64,000 nt of DNA from an uncultured delta proteobacterium (GTDB lineage Bacteria > Myxococcota_A > Polyangia > Polyangiales > Polyangiaceae), in the NCBI GenBank assembly GCA_963696385.1, contig CAVOKF010000007.1, positions 1,120,001 through 1,184,000 of the forward strand, read 5' to 3'. The notes beneath the pieces were generated by a model that worked only from the letters and a program-made list of their open reading frames with translations, had not been told where the DNA came from and ran no database searches. This document shows positions 29,768-38,534 of this stretch, piece after piece (the stretch's first letter is position 1; every line of letters begins with the position of its first letter). The position numbers were made by a program, and so were the translations under genes.

Positions 29768-30525
29768 TCCCCCCGACACGTTGGCGAGACGACGCTTCCA
29801 CATCGCCCGAGCACCGCGAGCTTTTGCGAAGCGCGGTCGGTTCCCGCCCTCTGCCGAAGGACATACGGACGCGCTCCGCCGCCCGAATCGACCGGTTGCT
29901 CGTCGTGCCCGCAGCCGCGGGTCTGCTCTTCTGGATCAAAGCGGTCGCGGCCGCGGGCCTCTGCGCGGTCGGGGTGGTCGCCGCGGTCGACGTGGTGCCC
30001 TCGCTGACACGCAAGCTGGTCTTCGGCCCGGATCCAGTCCGCGCGACGCTCGATAGCCACCCGGCACTGCCCCGAACATCGATCCCCGCCGCGGAGACCA
30101 CGGGGGCGGCCACCGATCCCGCGGTCTCTGCCTCGGACGCATCGGGTGCACAAGGCGAGGCCCCTGTCGCATCCCCTGCGCCGGCCCCCACTCGAGATCG
30201 CGCGAGGCACCCCAGAGCCGAAGCACCGTCCGCGGAACTCGGGTCGGGCGACTCGCTGGCGCGTGAAGCGGCGATGCTCGAGGAGGCCCGCGGATGGGTC
30301 GAGCGAAATCCGAGCGGGGCCCTGGCGGTCTTGAACCGTCACGCCACGATGTTTCCCAACGGAAGCCTCAGCATCGAGCGCGAGCTCATCGCGGTGGACG
30401 CGCTGCGGCGTCTCGGGCGCGTCGCGGAAGCTCAGACGCGTGGCACGGCGTTGCTCGGACAAGCGCGCGGAAGCATCTACGAAGAGCGAGTCAGGGCGTT
30501 GCTCCAAACGCTGACCTCGCCGTGA
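29764..30525 (+). CDS. putative membrane anti-sigma factor with C-terminal TPR-like domain
   Basis: ATGA overlap with the sigma gene; short N-terminal domain, TM segment, Pro/Ala linker, LAREAAMLEEAR..FPNGSL..ERE..ALRRLGR. Confidence 0.72.
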   Translation: MIPPTRWRDDASTSPEHRELLRSAVGSRPLPKDIRTRSAARIDRLLVVPAAAGLLFWIKAVAAAGLCAVGVVAAVDVVPSLTRKLVFGPDPVRATLDSHPALPRTSIPAAETTGAATDPAVSASDASGAQGEAPVASPAPAPTRDRARHPRAEAPSAELGSGDSLAREAAMLEEARGWVERNPSGALAVLNRHATMFPNGSLSIERELIAVDALRRLGRVAEAQTRGTALLGQARGSIYEERVRALLQTLTSP

Positions 30526-30598
30526 TGGGTGCGCGCGAATCCCCACGTTGCCGCACACGGGCTCGCGCGAAATGCGGAAGCGTGAAGCGAATTGGTTC

Positions 30599-30628
30599 GA
30601 AGGGAGGCGCAGGGCACCGGCATTCACA
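30599..30628 (+). promoter_or_regulatory. putative ECF sigma promoter, copy B (GAAGGGA-N15-CATTCACA)
   Basis: Matches copy A; followed by GGAGG SD (30632-30636) and ATG 30647. Confidence 0.6.
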
Positions 30629-30646
30629 AACGGAGGTTGCGCTTCG

Positions 30647-31648
30647 ATGCGAACTTTTCACAAATTGCTTTGGCTGGCGGCATGGGGTCTCGCGCAGGCG
30701 GGGTGCACGGACGCGTTCATTGCGATGACGCCCGACGGAGGCGAGGACGCGGGCTCGAGCTCGAGCGACGCCGCCGCCGACACCGGCTCCGCCGACGTCA
30801 CCGCCGACACGGGATCCAACGACGCCACCGCCGACACGGGATCCAGCGACGACGCTGCCGACACCGGATCCAGCGACGCCGTCGCCGACACGGGATCGCG
30901 CGACGGCGCCCCCGACAGCGGATCCGGCGACGCGGGCGGCGGCACTGCGTGCGCGACCAATGCGGACTGTCCAGCCGACTACCTCTGCGGCTTCCCAGAA
31001 GCGCTCAAATGCTCGGCCACCGGCACGTGCTTTCCTCAGCCCGGCGTGACGTGCAACGCGATCGAGCTGGGGTGTGCGTGCGATGGCGCCGAAATCAACC
31101 TCGGATGCAACGGCCTACCCGACGGATACGTGTCCAAGCCGTTTTTGCACCAAGGGGCATGCTCCGATGCGAGCGGAGGGGATTCCGGGACGGCAGAGGC
31201 CGGCGCCAAGGACGGCGGAGCGACCGATTCGAACAGCCCGAGCGACTCTGGAGGCGGATGCGTTTCGACGCAAGGCGAACCGTGCGGCGGCAACACGAGC
31301 CAGCCATGCACGTGTGCATCGGGGCTCGTGTGCACTCCCGAAAACGGCGGGGTCGCCACGGGCGACGTCGGCGGCACGTGCGAAGCGCACGAAGGCGACG
31401 GCTCCGCCCCCTGCACGACCGATACCGACTGCGACCCCACTCAAGCTTGCGGGTTCCCGGAGAGTGAGGCCTGCGCTGCGCAAGGCCAGTGCGTCACCAA
31501 GTCGGTCGTCGTTTGCACGGCCATCGCTTATGGCTGCGCTTGCGATGGCACCGAGATCAACATCGCCTGCACCGATCTACCGAGCGGATACGAAACCAAA
31601 CCGCTAGCGCATTCGAGCCCATGCGACGGTGGCTCATCGATGCCGTAA
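30647..31648 (+). CDS. Cys-rich surface lipoprotein with acidic DTGS repeats and a duplicated disulfide-rich module
   Basis: Lipobox LAQAGC; six 9-aa repeats; two copies of C..DC...CGFPE...C...G.C...C...GCACDG.EIN..C..LP.GY..KP..H...C. Confidence 0.8.
   Translation: MRTFHKLLWLAAWGLAQAGCTDAFIAMTPDGGEDAGSSSSDAAADTGSADVTADTGSNDATADTGSSDDAADTGSSDAVADTGSRDGAPDSGSGDAGGGTACATNADCPADYLCGFPEALKCSATGTCFPQPGVTCNAIELGCACDGAEINLGCNGLPDGYVSKPFLHQGACSDASGGDSGTAEAGAKDGGATDSNSPSDSGGGCVSTQGEPCGGNTSQPCTCASGLVCTPENGGVATGDVGGTCEAHEGDGSAPCTTDTDCDPTQACGFPESEACAAQGQCVTKSVVVCTAIAYGCACDGTEINIACTDLPSGYETKPLAHSSPCDGGSSMP
30767..30928 (+). repeat. 27-bp coding tandem repeat x6 (DxxADTGSx)
   Basis: DAAADTGSA DVTADTGSN DATADTGSS DDAADTGSS DAVADTGSR DGAPDSGSG. 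Confidence 0.88.
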
Positions 31649-31725
31649 CCGGCTGCGCGACGCGGGGGCGGGCGGACGCACCGGCCCGCCCCGGGTCACG
31701 CACGGCAACGACTTGCCATGTCGGG

Positions 31726-31812
31726 CGGAGGAGGAGGGATTCGAACCCACGGTTGACGTAAGCCAACGCCGGTTTTCAAAACCGGTGCCTTAAACCACTC
31801 GGCCACTCCTCC
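31726..31812 (-). tRNA. tRNA-Ser(TGA)
   Basis: GGAGGAG acceptor stem, TGGCCGAGTGGTTTAAGGC D-arm, CCGGT-TTTGAAA-ACCGG anticodon arm, long variable arm, GGTTCGAATCC; CCA not encoded. Confidence 0.96.
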
Positions 31813-31905
31813 TGAGGAACGAACCAACTCTACTTTCTCTTCGCCGAATCTGCATCGCTATCGTTGCCATGCCCCGACCGGCAGGACGCGAAAGCGTCCG
31901 CCGGC

Positions 31906-32421
31906 TTACGGACCCGGGGGGCCCAATGCGTTTCGAAAGGCGGCGAGCGCAGCCGCATCGAGAGCATGTCCGCGATGGACGATGCGACCTGCGCGATCGA
32001 CCACCAACGTGACAGGCACGCTGCGCTCTCCGAGGGCGTCGGCAAGCCGGAAGTCCTCGTCGATCAGCTGGGCAAAACCGACGCCGCGTTCGCGCACGAA
32101 CGCGGCTACCGTCTCCGGCGACTCGCCGACCGCGACGCCCACGATCAGCGCATCCGGACGCGCCCTCGCCTGGGTGTCGAGCCGCTTGAGAGCGTCGATC
32201 TCGCCGACGCACGTGTCACACCAGGTCGCCCAGAAGTCGATGACCGCCGTGCGACCGTGGATGAACGTGCTCAGATCCGTGCGTGTTCCTTCGAGCGTGA
32301 TTAACGGCGTCGCCGGCAGCGAGTCCGGCACGACGCGCGACGGCGACCACGGGGGCTGCGGCGAGCATCCGATCGCCAAAGCGGCGGCGAACGCGATCAG
32401 AAGCGGTAACCCGTGGCGCAT
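31906..32421 (-). CDS. TlpA-family thiol-disulfide oxidoreductase lipoprotein
   Basis: Lipobox AIGC; DFWATWCDTC; VPVTLVVDRAG. Confidence 0.88.
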   Translation of the reverse strand: MRHGLPLLIAFAAALAIGCSPQPPWSPSRVVPDSLPATPLITLEGTRTDLSTFIHGRTAVIDFWATWCDTCVGEIDALKRLDTQARARPDALIVGVAVGESPETVAAFVRERGVGFAQLIDEDFRLADALGERSVPVTLVVDRAGRIVHRGHALDAAALAAFRNALGPPGP

Positions 32422-33602
32422 GTGACGACGTTGATGTGAAGATCGTTGGTTCTGACGTATCGATCGTAGCCGACTTCGAAGTGCAGAGCGCGAAGGGCAG
32501 GACCGGCCGGAACGTCCACGACCACTTTTCCACCGACGGTTTGCGAGTCGAGCGGCGCGAGGTCGCTGTCGGCAGTACGCAGACCCGCGCTCGGATCCGC
32601 GAGCTTCGTGAAGAAAGTGACCCCGGTCTGCGTGTGAAACCGATAGAGCGCGCCGACGTAGACGAACGGCGAGATGCGCTGCATGAGCTCCGCCTCCGTC
32701 GAGTGCGCGGACAAGCCCCAGTCGTCGGCGTAGAACCGGTACGATACGTGGAGCGCTCCATTCCATGGAAGAAACTGAGCAGCGCGCGCGACGACGGCGT
32801 GGCGAACGCGTTCGTCGGGCAAGAGCTCCGGGCCACGCTCGCCGGTGGAAAGCGGCACGCTGTTCCAGGTGTTGCCCATCTCACCGCGCTGCACGGTCAG
32901 CCCGTAGTTGATGTTGACGATCGTCGTAGGGGTCAGGATCTGCGTGACTCCGACGCTGGCCGTCGCGCTCGATCGTTCGGCACGGCCGTGCCGCACCCCG
33001 TGAATGTCGAAGCGATCGAACCAGTCGAAGACCTCGAGCACGTCCACGGATACGACCGTGTCGCCGTCGGCGAAAGCCCGGCTGCCCGCGAGCCCGCCTT
33101 GCCACGAGCGAAAGGGGTTCTCGAGGTGAATGCCGCCCAGGATCGTCGCGTCCGAAACGGGACTCGTCTGATAGGTTGCGGCCCAGTCGATGGACCCGGA
33201 CTCCACGTGTCGGGACGCGCTGCTCAACACGTCGATCGCGTGCGGCGACGCATTGCTGACGATGTCGACCGGGACCCAGATCCGATGTTTCAGGCGCGCC
33301 CCCTGCGTCGCATCGATCTCGGCTTGGGGTTCGAGGATCGTGGCGCGCTCCGACCCGGGCGCCGTCGGCGTGGGCCCTCCCTGCGCCTGCCACCCGGAAC
33401 CGAACTGGTCGAACCCGGAGATGCGCGTCATGATCGACTCGACGTGCAAGGCGTTGTCGATCGGGCCGAGGATCTGCGCGTCCCCCATCGCCGCGGTCGG
33501 CGCCGGCGATGAAGGACCGTCGGCCCGAACGCGCGCACCAACTGCCAGGAAAGCGACGACGACCGCGCTGGCGGAGCGCGCCTTCACCGCGGCGCCCGTC
33601 AC
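32397..33602 (-). CDS. DUF3570-family outer-membrane beta-barrel protein
   Basis: Signal peptide; DVLSSAS, TQILTP, ELLPDER.R, YRFYADDWG..AH, YRFHTQ, TADSDL; ends YRF; GTGA overlap with the upstream gene. Confidence 0.78.
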   Translation of the reverse strand: MTGAAVKARSASAVVVAFLAVGARVRADGPSSPAPTAAMGDAQILGPIDNALHVESIMTRISGFDQFGSGWQAQGGPTPTAPGSERATILEPQAEIDATQGARLKHRIWVPVDIVSNASPHAIDVLSSASRHVESGSIDWAATYQTSPVSDATILGGIHLENPFRSWQGGLAGSRAFADGDTVVSVDVLEVFDWFDRFDIHGVRHGRAERSSATASVGVTQILTPTTIVNINYGLTVQRGEMGNTWNSVPLSTGERGPELLPDERVRHAVVARAAQFLPWNGALHVSYRFYADDWGLSAHSTEAELMQRISPFVYVGALYRFHTQTGVTFFTKLADPSAGLRTADSDLAPLDSQTVGGKVVVDVPAGPALRALHFEVGYDRYVRTNDLHINVVTCATGYRF

Positions 33603-33811
33603 TGGCAGCCGCAGCCGCCGCCCGCGGTAGCGCCGTTGCCACCGGCGGCACCTTCGCGCGTGTCGTAAAGCTTTTGACGACGTGCGGCATCGAGTGGCTC
33701 CGACGTAAGACTCATCATCGGATCCGCGAAGTGAGCACGCCGGTTCTGTGGAACGATGGCGCAGCCGGCAATCGGTGCGGCGGCGAGCGCCACGACGGCC
33801 CACAGCCTCAA
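33599..33811 (-). CDS. DUF4266-family small lipoprotein
   Basis: Lipobox IAGC; RAHFADPMM..REGAAGG...GGGCGCQ terminus; TTGA overlap with the upstream gene. Confidence 0.82.
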   Translation of the reverse strand: MRLWAVVALAAAPIAGCAIVPQNRRAHFADPMMSLTSEPLDAARRQKLYDTREGAAGGNGATAGGGCGCQ

Positions 33812-34320
33812 AGACTGCCTCGCATGTCGATCCCCACGCGGTCTTTCTCGATGTCGAGCGCAATCGCGGGCACGCCCGTGCGCTCGCCGGCGAGTGCCGC
33901 GTCGACCACACCCGCGACACCTGTGAGCAGGCCCACACAGAAGAACGACCACAGCCAGCGTTGCTCGACGAGAGTCCCGGTATTGATCGTCCCCGGATTG
34001 TACTGAAATAGCGCTGCCGTTGCCCCAATCGCCGCAGCCGGCGGCGCGCTGAAGACAACGCCGCGCACCCACTCGCCACCCGCCGCGTGCGCCGCCATCG
34101 GAGCCAGCGCAAACCCCGACTCCATGGTGAACCACCCTGCATTGGTCGGCGTCCTGTTGCCGTTTGCCCCAGCGACAATCGCTCCGCCGACCCCCAAGCC
34201 GAGGACCAAGGTCGAGGCGCCGACGAGAAAACGCGCACCCGGATCGGGCTCGTCTGCGCGAGAGGACGACGGCATCGAAAGGAGCGCCGCGACGACAACG
34301 GAACCGCGGAAGGGGCGCAA
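33808..34320 (-). CDS. hypothetical membrane protein (signal peptide plus 3-4 hydrophobic segments)
   Basis: First gene of the coupled operon; TAGCCT 6 nt upstream of TTG. Confidence 0.6.
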   Translation of the reverse strand: MRPFRGSVVVAALLSMPSSSRADEPDPGARFLVGASTLVLGLGVGGAIVAGANGNRTPTNAGWFTMESGFALAPMAAHAAGGEWVRGVVFSAPPAAAIGATAALFQYNPGTINTGTLVEQRWLWSFFCVGLLTGVAGVVDAALAGERTGVPAIALDIEKDRVGIDMRGSL

Positions 34321-34407
34321 GCCGGCAGGCTATATCATGACCTCGATCCAGCTCAACAAGCCACCCCATGAGGGCACGCACCCTGGCGGGGGCCCAACGC
34401 GGCAGAG

Positions 34408-35985
34408 TCAGTCCTCGCGTGGCGCGTCGGGCCAATGGTAGCCGCTCACGTACTCGCGAATGCCCGGATGCTCGAGCGACACAGGGGGCAGAAACTCGCC
34501 GACCCGCTCGCGCGTCCACCAGGCGCCACCTTGGCGCGATGTCGAGAATCGGTAGCGCCAGATTCCCGCCCGGATCCAACGCGGGGGATCGACAGGAAAC
34601 GGATCGCGAAAAAGCAACGGCTTGGGGGTTGGTTCGCCGTCGAGCAGCTGCCACACGAGATGCACGAGCCACGGCTCGTTTTCCACGCGCTCGCCGCGCG
34701 CCGCGCCGTTGCCGACGAACCACATCTGCCAATCGAGCCTGTAATGATAGGGGCTGATGGTGCAGGGCCTCCGTCGGACGTCGCCGGGCATGCACGGCAG
34801 CTCGTATTCCAGCCATGGGCCGGCATCCGGGGTTTCGGCGCGCGTTCCTTCGAGAGCCACCTCGTAACGAGCCCGATCGACGGTGCCGAACGCGCCGTAC
34901 GTATTCACGAGATCGAGCGGATCGAACGGACGGTTCATCGCTTGGTCGCAGGACGCGAGGTTCGCGACAGGACCGACGCTCAAGAGCGCGACGACGACGG
35001 CGAACCCGTTGGCCATCCGCGCCTGCGTGCGCGACGCGAGAAGCCCCTCGAAGCGCACGAGAAGCGAGCGCCCGATGCGCTGCGGCAACAGCCGGACGAA
35101 CGCTGTGTCATCGAAACAAGCGAGAACCGGCACGAGAGTCAGCCAATTGAGAAACGACAAATTGCCGCTCAAGATCAAACTGATCTGCAGCGCGGCGAGC
35201 ACCCCGCCCGCCGCATGTCTCATGCGACGAAAGCCGAAGACGAACCATGGGGCGACGAGCTCGGCCAAGTAGAGGAAAAGGGCGCCGGCGACATGCACCC
35301 AGTGCGGAGCGTGATGCAGCCACCACGAGAGCGGGTTGGGGTTCGGCTGGGTCTCGAAGTGCGCATCGAGGCAGCTGAGCTCCCGCCAGCAGGGATCGCC
35401 GCGGAGCTTGATGAGCGCCGAACCAAGCATCACGCGGAAGATGATCCAGCGGAAAAGCCACACCACGACCTTCGGGGTGGCGGAGCCGGGAAAAGGGCGG
35501 ACGCTTCGGAGCGGGCAGAGGAACGCCGCCAAGAATCCGGTCTCGAGCAGCTGAATCTCCCAACCGTACCCGTAGAAAATTTGTCCGACGTGGACGAACG
35601 ACGAGTAGAGGACCCAGAGCGCGATCTGCAGGGCCGCGTGGGTGACGCCCAAAAGCGCCGCGGCCGAGAGCACGATACCCGCCCAACAAGCGGTGCGCAG
35701 CACGGCATCGGAGGCCCCCCACCAGAACAGCGTGGGCAGTCGCCAATAGGCGTCGCCACCGAGCTCCGCGTGCTTGGCCGCGAGAAGTTGTGCGGCCGGC
35801 AGCAGTCCGCGCGAGCCGATGAGCGCCGGAAACTGATTGGCCACGCAGATGAACGCGACGAGGTAGACGAACGCGAGAAGGCGCAGAATGGCGACCCGCG
35901 TGATCTCGTACGTCGCGGGCTCCTGCTGGAGCCTCTGCCACCACGCGGTGCGGAAGTGCGCCCGCGCATCGTACGGCTCGTCCAT
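34408..35985 (-). CDS. lipase maturation factor family protein
   Basis: LIGSRGLLP, GQIFYGYGWEIQLLETGFL, IKLRGD.CW, ETQP.PNP, SGNLSFLNWL, NTYGAFG, SPYHYRLDWQMWF. Confidence 0.93.
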   Translation of the reverse strand: MDEPYDARAHFRTAWWQRLQQEPATYEITRVAILRLLAFVYLVAFICVANQFPALIGSRGLLPAAQLLAAKHAELGGDAYWRLPTLFWWGASDAVLRTACWAGIVLSAAALLGVTHAALQIALWVLYSSFVHVGQIFYGYGWEIQLLETGFLAAFLCPLRSVRPFPGSATPKVVVWLFRWIIFRVMLGSALIKLRGDPCWRELSCLDAHFETQPNPNPLSWWLHHAPHWVHVAGALFLYLAELVAPWFVFGFRRMRHAAGGVLAALQISLILSGNLSFLNWLTLVPVLACFDDTAFVRLLPQRIGRSLLVRFEGLLASRTQARMANGFAVVVALLSVGPVANLASCDQAMNRPFDPLDLVNTYGAFGTVDRARYEVALEGTRAETPDAGPWLEYELPCMPGDVRRRPCTISPYHYRLDWQMWFVGNGAARGERVENEPWLVHLVWQLLDGEPTPKPLLFRDPFPVDPPRWIRAGIWRYRFSTSRQGGAWWTRERVGEFLPPVSLEHPGIREYVSGYHWPDAPRED

Positions 35986-36062
35986 GGGTCATCGCTCCAC
36001 GATGCAGGGATACCGGAGGTTCGCGTACCGAGGGCCGCAGAAGCAATGGTAGGATGCGCGGC

Positions 36063-36668
36063 GTGATTCGATCTTTGAGCCATTCGCACGCGTGTCGATG
36101 GGGTGCTCCGGTGGTCGATCGCGTGGACACCGCGATCTTCACGCGAAGGTACTTCGTTCACTGCATGCAGTGCGAATACTGCCATGATTCGTGCTGCAAG
36201 TACGGCACCGACGTGGACGTGGAGAATGTGGCTCGCGTCGAGGCGCGAGCGGCGGAGATCGAGCGGTACACCGGAGTGACGCGAGATCGATTTTGGACCG
36301 GCGAGTGGAACGACGACACCGAGTTCCCCGGCGGCCGGCAGACGCGCACCCGCGTGGAAGACGGGGCCTGCGTTTTCCGCAGCCGGCGCGGCCGCGGATG
36401 CATGCTTCATTCGTTCGCGATCGAGCAGGGGCTCGATTACCACGAGCTCAAGCCGATGGTGAGCGCGCTTTTCCCGGTCACATTCGACTGGGGCCTTCTG
36501 CACCCGTCGAACGAAATCATCGACCGTTCGCTTCAGTGCATTGACGACGGCCCGACGATATACCGCGGCGTGCGCACGGAGATCGACTGGTACTTCGGTG
36601 GCCCGCTCGTGGCCGAGTTGGACGCCATGGAGCAAGGCGTGCTTGCGGGAAGCATCGGCGCAAAGTAG
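36063..36668 (+). CDS. Cys-cluster protein (YkgJ/DUF3109-like, putative Zn or Fe-S binding)
   Basis: [15 protein letters not shown]....[14 protein letters not shown]; start GTG 36063 lies 7 nt after TGGTAGGAT. Confidence 0.68.
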   Translation: MIRSLSHSHACRWGAPVVDRVDTAIFTRRYFVHCMQCEYCHDSCCKYGTDVDVENVARVEARAAEIERYTGVTRDRFWTGEWNDDTEFPGGRQTRTRVEDGACVFRSRRGRGCMLHSFAIEQGLDYHELKPMVSALFPVTFDWGLLHPSNEIIDRSLQCIDDGPTIYRGVRTEIDWYFGGPLVAELDAMEQGVLAGSIGAK

Positions 36669-36777
36669 GCTATCGCCCCCTTGCCGACTGCGGCTTGTCG
36701 CGGCGTGGATGCCTCCCGACAAAAGCCCGCGCGGGCCCGGCCACCCCGGGTTCCGAAGGCGCACTCCAGGAGCACCT

Positions 36778-37020
36778 ATGGCCCGTGTCACCGTCGAAGA
36801 CTGTCTCGAGCGCGAGGAAAACCGCTTCGCTCTGGTCGTTTTGGCCGCGCAACGAACGCGCCTGCTGATGAAGGGCGCTACGCCCCTCGTGCACTCGAAG
36901 AACAAGGCCGCGGTGACGGCGCTCCGCGAGATCGCCGCCGGCAAAATTCACTATGACCGCGCCAGCAACGACGCGGTTCGCGAGTATATCGAGGCACTGA
37001 ACAAGCGCGAGTTCGGTTGA
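36778..37020 (+). CDS. rpoZ: RNA polymerase omega subunit
   Basis: [39 protein letters not shown]. Confidence 0.95.
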   Translation: MARVTVEDCLEREENRFALVVLAAQRTRLLMKGATPLVHSKNKAAVTALREIAAGKIHYDRASNDAVREYIEALNKREFG

Positions 37021-37829
37021 CGTCGGCGCGCCGAAAGCTCGATCGCGAGCTCGAGGCGGGGTCGTTCGCGCATTACGAAGATCCGGCGTATTACACCGCC
37101 ACCTACGCGCCACGCGTAGACGACGTGACGTTCTATGTCGCTCTCGCGAAAAAAGCGGGGGGACCCGTACTCGAGTACGGAATCGGCAACGGACGGATCG
37201 CCATTCCGATGGCACGAAGCGGGGCCGAAGTCACGGGCGTCGACCACTCGCGGCCGATGCTCGCCGACCTTCGCGCCCGGCTCGCGCGCGAGCCGCCCGA
37301 GGTTCGAGCGCGCGTCCGAGCCGTTCGCGGCGATCTGCGAACCGCCCGGATCGGGCGCCGGTTCCCGCTGATCGTCGCGACGTTCAACACGGCGCTTCAC
37401 CTCTACACGCGCTACGACGTCGAGCAATTCCTCGCGTGCGTTCGGCTTCATCTCGCGCCGCGCGGGCGCTTCGTCGTCGATCTGTCGATGCCCTCGCCTG
37501 CCGATCTGGCCCGGGACCCGTCGCGTCCCTTTCGCGCGCCACGCTTCCGACATCCGACGGCAGGAGTCGTCGTCAACAACCGGGAGCGGTTCGACTACGA
37601 TCCCGTGCGGCAGGTGTTGTTCGTGGCCATGGAGTTCGAAGCGGTGGACGACCCGTCCCATGCTTGGATGACCCCCCTCTCGCATCGCCAATTCTTCCCG
37701 GCTGAGTGGGAAGCGCTCCTCCACTACAATGGTTTCGAGGTCGATCGGGTGGACGGGGATTTCTTCGGAAGCCCTCTCTCGAAGAGCAGCGACGTCATGA
37801 TCTGGCACACGCGCCGGAGAGTTCGGTGA
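37017..37829 (+). CDS. class I SAM-dependent methyltransferase
   Basis: [28 protein letters not shown] overlap with rpoZ. Confidence 0.85.
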   Translation: MTSARRKLDRELEAGSFAHYEDPAYYTATYAPRVDDVTFYVALAKKAGGPVLEYGIGNGRIAIPMARSGAEVTGVDHSRPMLADLRARLAREPPEVRARVRAVRGDLRTARIGRRFPLIVATFNTALHLYTRYDVEQFLACVRLHLAPRGRFVVDLSMPSPADLARDPSRPFRAPRFRHPTAGVVVNNRERFDYDPVRQVLFVAMEFEAVDDPSHAWMTPLSHRQFFPAEWEALLHYNGFEVDRVDGDFFGSPLSKSSDVMIWHTRRRVR

Positions 37830-38518
37830 GCATCGCCGATCAGTTGTCCGCCGTTCGTTCGCGCATCGCCCTTTCGGCCCGAGACTGCGGCCGGGACCCG
37901 CGATCGATTCGGCTTGTGGCCGTATCGAAGGCGAAGCCGACCGATTGCATCCGGGAGGCGTATGCGGCCGGGCAACGCGCGTTCGGCGAGAACTATGTGC
38001 AAGAGCTTGCCGCGAAATCGGCAGAGCTCGCCGACTTACGGGATCTCGAGTGGCACTTCATCGGCCATCTGCAGACGAACAAGGCCAAGATGGCCGCGCG
38101 GTTCGCGCACGTCGTTCATACGGTCGACTCCGTGGTGATCGCGCGCGAGCTCGGGCGGCGTGCGGCTCGAGAGCGGTCCACGCCTCTTCCGGTCCTGGTC
38201 GAAGTCAATATCGGTGGTGAGCCGCAGAAGCCGGGCGCCGCCCCCAGTGAGGTCGACGAGGTCATGAGCGCTGTCGCGACGCAGCCTTCGCTGCTTTTGC
38301 GCGGGCTGATGACCGTCCCGCCGGCAGGCGATCGGGAGCAGTCGCGTCGGGCGTTCGAAACACTCGCCTTGCTTCGAGCCTTGCATGGCGGCGCGGCCGT
38401 GCTCCCCGATCTGTCGATGGGCATGAGCGGCGACTTCGATCTCGCGATTCGCGCCGGCGCCACGCTCGTGCGCGTGGGAACCGACATTTTCGGGCCGCGA
38501 CCCGGGCGCCCGTACTGA
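37826..38518 (+). CDS. yggS: YggS-family PLP homeostasis protein
   Basis: LVAVSK, FGENYVQE, WHFIGHLQTNK, GLMT, LSMGMSGD, VRVGT.IFG. Confidence 0.94.
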   Translation: MSIADQLSAVRSRIALSARDCGRDPRSIRLVAVSKAKPTDCIREAYAAGQRAFGENYVQELAAKSAELADLRDLEWHFIGHLQTNKAKMAARFAHVVHTVDSVVIARELGRRAARERSTPLPVLVEVNIGGEPQKPGAAPSEVDEVMSAVATQPSLLLRGLMTVPPAGDREQSRRAFETLALLRALHGGAAVLPDLSMGMSGDFDLAIRAGATLVRVGTDIFGPRPGRPY

Positions 38519-38534
38519 TAGGCTTTGCGGTGGC

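Noticed and set aside
27413..31725. Genomic island integrated at the tRNA-Ser 3' end
   Set aside because: No integrase, no duplicated tRNA 3' end (att) found by eye, and no evident compositional shift
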